Source: Planctomycetota bacterium
GTDB taxonomy: Bacteria > Planctomycetota > UBA8108 > SXIK01
Assembly: GCA_965223265.1 (NCBI GenBank)
Contig: OZ244999.1
Span: 960,001 to 1,024,000 of the forward strand
DNA: 64,000 nucleotides
Direction of reading: 5' to 3'
The translations under genes and the position numbers were made by a program. Positions 62,101 to 64,000 of the stretch are shown in pieces (within the stretch, counting starts at the first letter, position 1; each line of letters opens with the position of its first letter). Under the pieces are notes generated by a model. The model was given only the letters and a program-made list of their open reading frames with translations, had not been told where the DNA came from and made no database searches.

Positions 62101-63297
62101 ATGAGTGTGTTGATGATCAATTCAAGTCGCCTGGCAGTGAGCCTCGTCGCGGTCTTGTTGTCTGCGAGTATTGTAGGGCCATCGCTTCACTCGGAGGAGG
62201 TCGCAGCGAATGAGGAGGGGAAAGGCGAGAAAAAGGCGCCGCGAGTCAGAGCACCCGCTGACATCACCGACGACGAACCGTTCGCCAAAGTGTTTTCGTT
62301 GGAGAAAGCCGCCGACTACCTGGATCACTCATCGCTTCATTGGCAGCAGTCGAGAAAGTGCGGCACGTGTCACACGAATATTGCCTACATGATGGCGCGG
62401 CCAGCGTTGACGCCGCTGAGGCCGCAATCTGACGACGTGCGCAAGTTTTTCGAATCGATGGTGACAGAGCGCTGGGAGGACAAGGAGAAGGGGCCGCGAT
62501 GGGATGCGGAGGTTGTGTGCGTAGCGGCGACTCTGGCGATCAACGACGCGGCGACGAGCGGCCAGCTGCACGAGACAACGCGGCGAGCGTTGGATCGCAT
62601 GTTCGATCTGCAGCGCGAAGATGGTGGTTGGGACTGGCTGATCTGTGGATGGCCGCCGATGGAGTACGACGATCATTTCGGTGCCACGTTGGCGGCGGTC
62701 GGGATCGGCGCGGCGCCGGGCGACTTCGCGGCGACGGAAAAAGCGAAGAAGAGTCTCGCGGGAATTCGTCGCTACCTGCAAGCGAATCCGCCAGTGTCGA
62801 TGCAGCACCGGTTGATGGTGATGTGGGCGTCCTTGGAGGTTGATGGGCTCATGGGCGAGGTGGAACGGCAGGCGCTGCTGGGCGATGTGATGGGGCAGCA
62901 GAAAGCCGACGGCGGTTGGAACACAGCGACGCTGCTGCCCAAGGAACACAAGCGAAAGGACGACGTGGCGCAGGATTTCGACTCGAGCGATGGGTATGCG
63001 ACGGGTTTCGTGGTCTACCTGGCGCGGCGTGCGGGGATGCCGGCGAGCGATCCCAGGTTGGCACGTGGAATCTTGTGGCTGGCGACGAACCAGAGGGAGA
63101 CGGGTCGTTGGTACACGGCGTCGCCGACCAAGGATAGCAAACACTTACTCAGCAACTACGGTACGGCCTTCGCGGTGCTGGCGCTCGCGGAGAGCGGTTT
63201 GGTGAAGCCGTCGGCGTCGGGCGCGGCGGAGCCGTCGACGGCGGCATCTCAGAATGGCGCCGAAGGTGCGGAGGGCAAGGGCGCGGGCGCGGATTGA
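62101..63297 (+). CDS. Secreted prenyltransferase/squalene cyclase-repeat protein with CxxCH motif
   Basis: Signal peptide, KCGTCH, and QW-type motifs QREDGGW, QKADGGW, QRETGRW. Confidence 0.8.
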   Translation: MSVLMINSSRLAVSLVAVLLSASIVGPSLHSEEVAANEEGKGEKKAPRVRAPADITDDEPFAKVFSLEKAADYLDHSSLHWQQSRKCGTCHTNIAYMMARPALTPLRPQSDDVRKFFESMVTERWEDKEKGPRWDAEVVCVAATLAINDAATSGQLHETTRRALDRMFDLQREDGGWDWLICGWPPMEYDDHFGATLAAVGIGAAPGDFAATEKAKKSLAGIRRYLQANPPVSMQHRLMVMWASLEVDGLMGEVERQALLGDVMGQQKADGGWNTATLLPKEHKRKDDVAQDFDSSDGYATGFVVYLARRAGMPASDPRLARGILWLATNQRETGRWYTASPTKDSKHLLSNYGTAFAVLALAESGLVKPSASGAAEPSTAASQNGAEGAEGKGAGAD

Positions 63298-63484
63298 TGG
63301 TGGCGCAGTGGCGCGCCTTCGTGGGAGCGTGGCCTGATCCCGAAGTGCTGGCGGTCAGGCGCAGCGCGTTGGCGACGCGGAAGCCCCGAGTCTTCCGCCG
63401 GGGGGCGTCGGCAGAGCAGGCGGGGTTCGCCGAGCATTGCGGACCCCGCCGAGCGCCCGTCTGGCACTGCCTGCCAGCGCACTA

Positions 63485-63490
63485 TATAAT
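63485..63490 (+). promoter_or_regulatory. -10 box of the ssrA promoter
   Basis: TATAAT about 30 nt upstream of the tmRNA 5' end. Confidence 0.5.
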
Positions 63491-63521
63491 GATGGTGTCG
63501 ACAGACATGCCGAAAGCATTC

Positions 63522-63874
63522 GGGGGCGACCTGGATTCGACCGGACGCAAGGAAGCATGGGCTGCAGGATGAGGTTCCAGGTGGCCTCATAAAACCCCTG
63601 GGCAATCTTAGTTGGCAACACCAACTACGCAATGGCTGCCTAAAGCGGCCCCTTCGCCGATTCCTTCTCCCTTAGGGAGTCGAACGAGGGCCATAACTAA
63701 GGGATAGTGCCGGAGCTTCGCTTCTGGGCGAAGGTGCGAAACTTTCAGAAGCTGGCCTCGACGGATCCTGTCCTTTGGAGCCTGACGGGCGAGACACCAA
63801 AAGAAGGACTATTCCTGTAGACGCTCACGTGGACTCGTCTCGGGACGGGGGTTCGATTCCCCCCGCCTCCACCA
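63522..63874 (+). ncRNA. ssrA: tmRNA (one-piece); tag (A)GNTNYAMAA
   Basis: 5' GGGGGCGAC..GGATTCGAC; 3' GGGGGTTCGATTCCCCCCGCCTCCACCA with a G3-U acceptor pair; tag frame 63614-63643. Confidence 0.96.
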
Positions 63875-64000
63875 CTCTAAATCACCACCCCAAAACGACT
63901 TAGTGGAAGAACCGGGGCGTTTTGGAACAGAAGCGCCAGAAACCGGAACGGGACCGGAACCGCGTGACACGCGCGCGGCACAAAGGGACATAGATTGCGA

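Noticed and set aside
62101-63297. True squalene-hopene cyclase (shc)
   Set aside because: Too short, carries a signal peptide, and lacks the DxDD motif.

Overview
GC-rich bacterial chromosomal segment, most likely Planctomycetota (planctomycete cytochrome C/PSD1 and DUF1501 genes, bamA, lpxB, mcsA-mcsB-clpC without ctsR). It is mostly core genome: proC, eda, mutS2, bamA, yebC, nusA-infB-rbfA, mcsA-mcsB-clpC, folC, lpxB, aroB, gndA, speD/speE, smpB, rfaE2, tRNA-Val(CAC), tRNA-Leu(CAG) and tmRNA. No CRISPR array, transposase or prophage gene is visible. Features the ORF track misses or misreads: (i) a SelW/Rdx selenoprotein (CxxU, in-frame TGA, SECIS-like hairpin) heading a run with an SMR-less MutS2, a DUF4956-like membrane protein and a cysteine desulfurase-family gene; (ii) a stand-alone ~150-aa poly-Asp/Glu protein behind rbfA; (iii) a palindromic MITE family with CTAA/TTAG target duplications and a second terminal-inverted-repeat element next to one copy; (iv) two spacers 41 kb apart that share hexamer arrays and a 39-bp box; (v) a terC 3' remnant next to tRNA-Leu; (vi) a structured candidate ncRNA at about 24 kb. 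All calls come from reading motifs by eye; no database searches were run.
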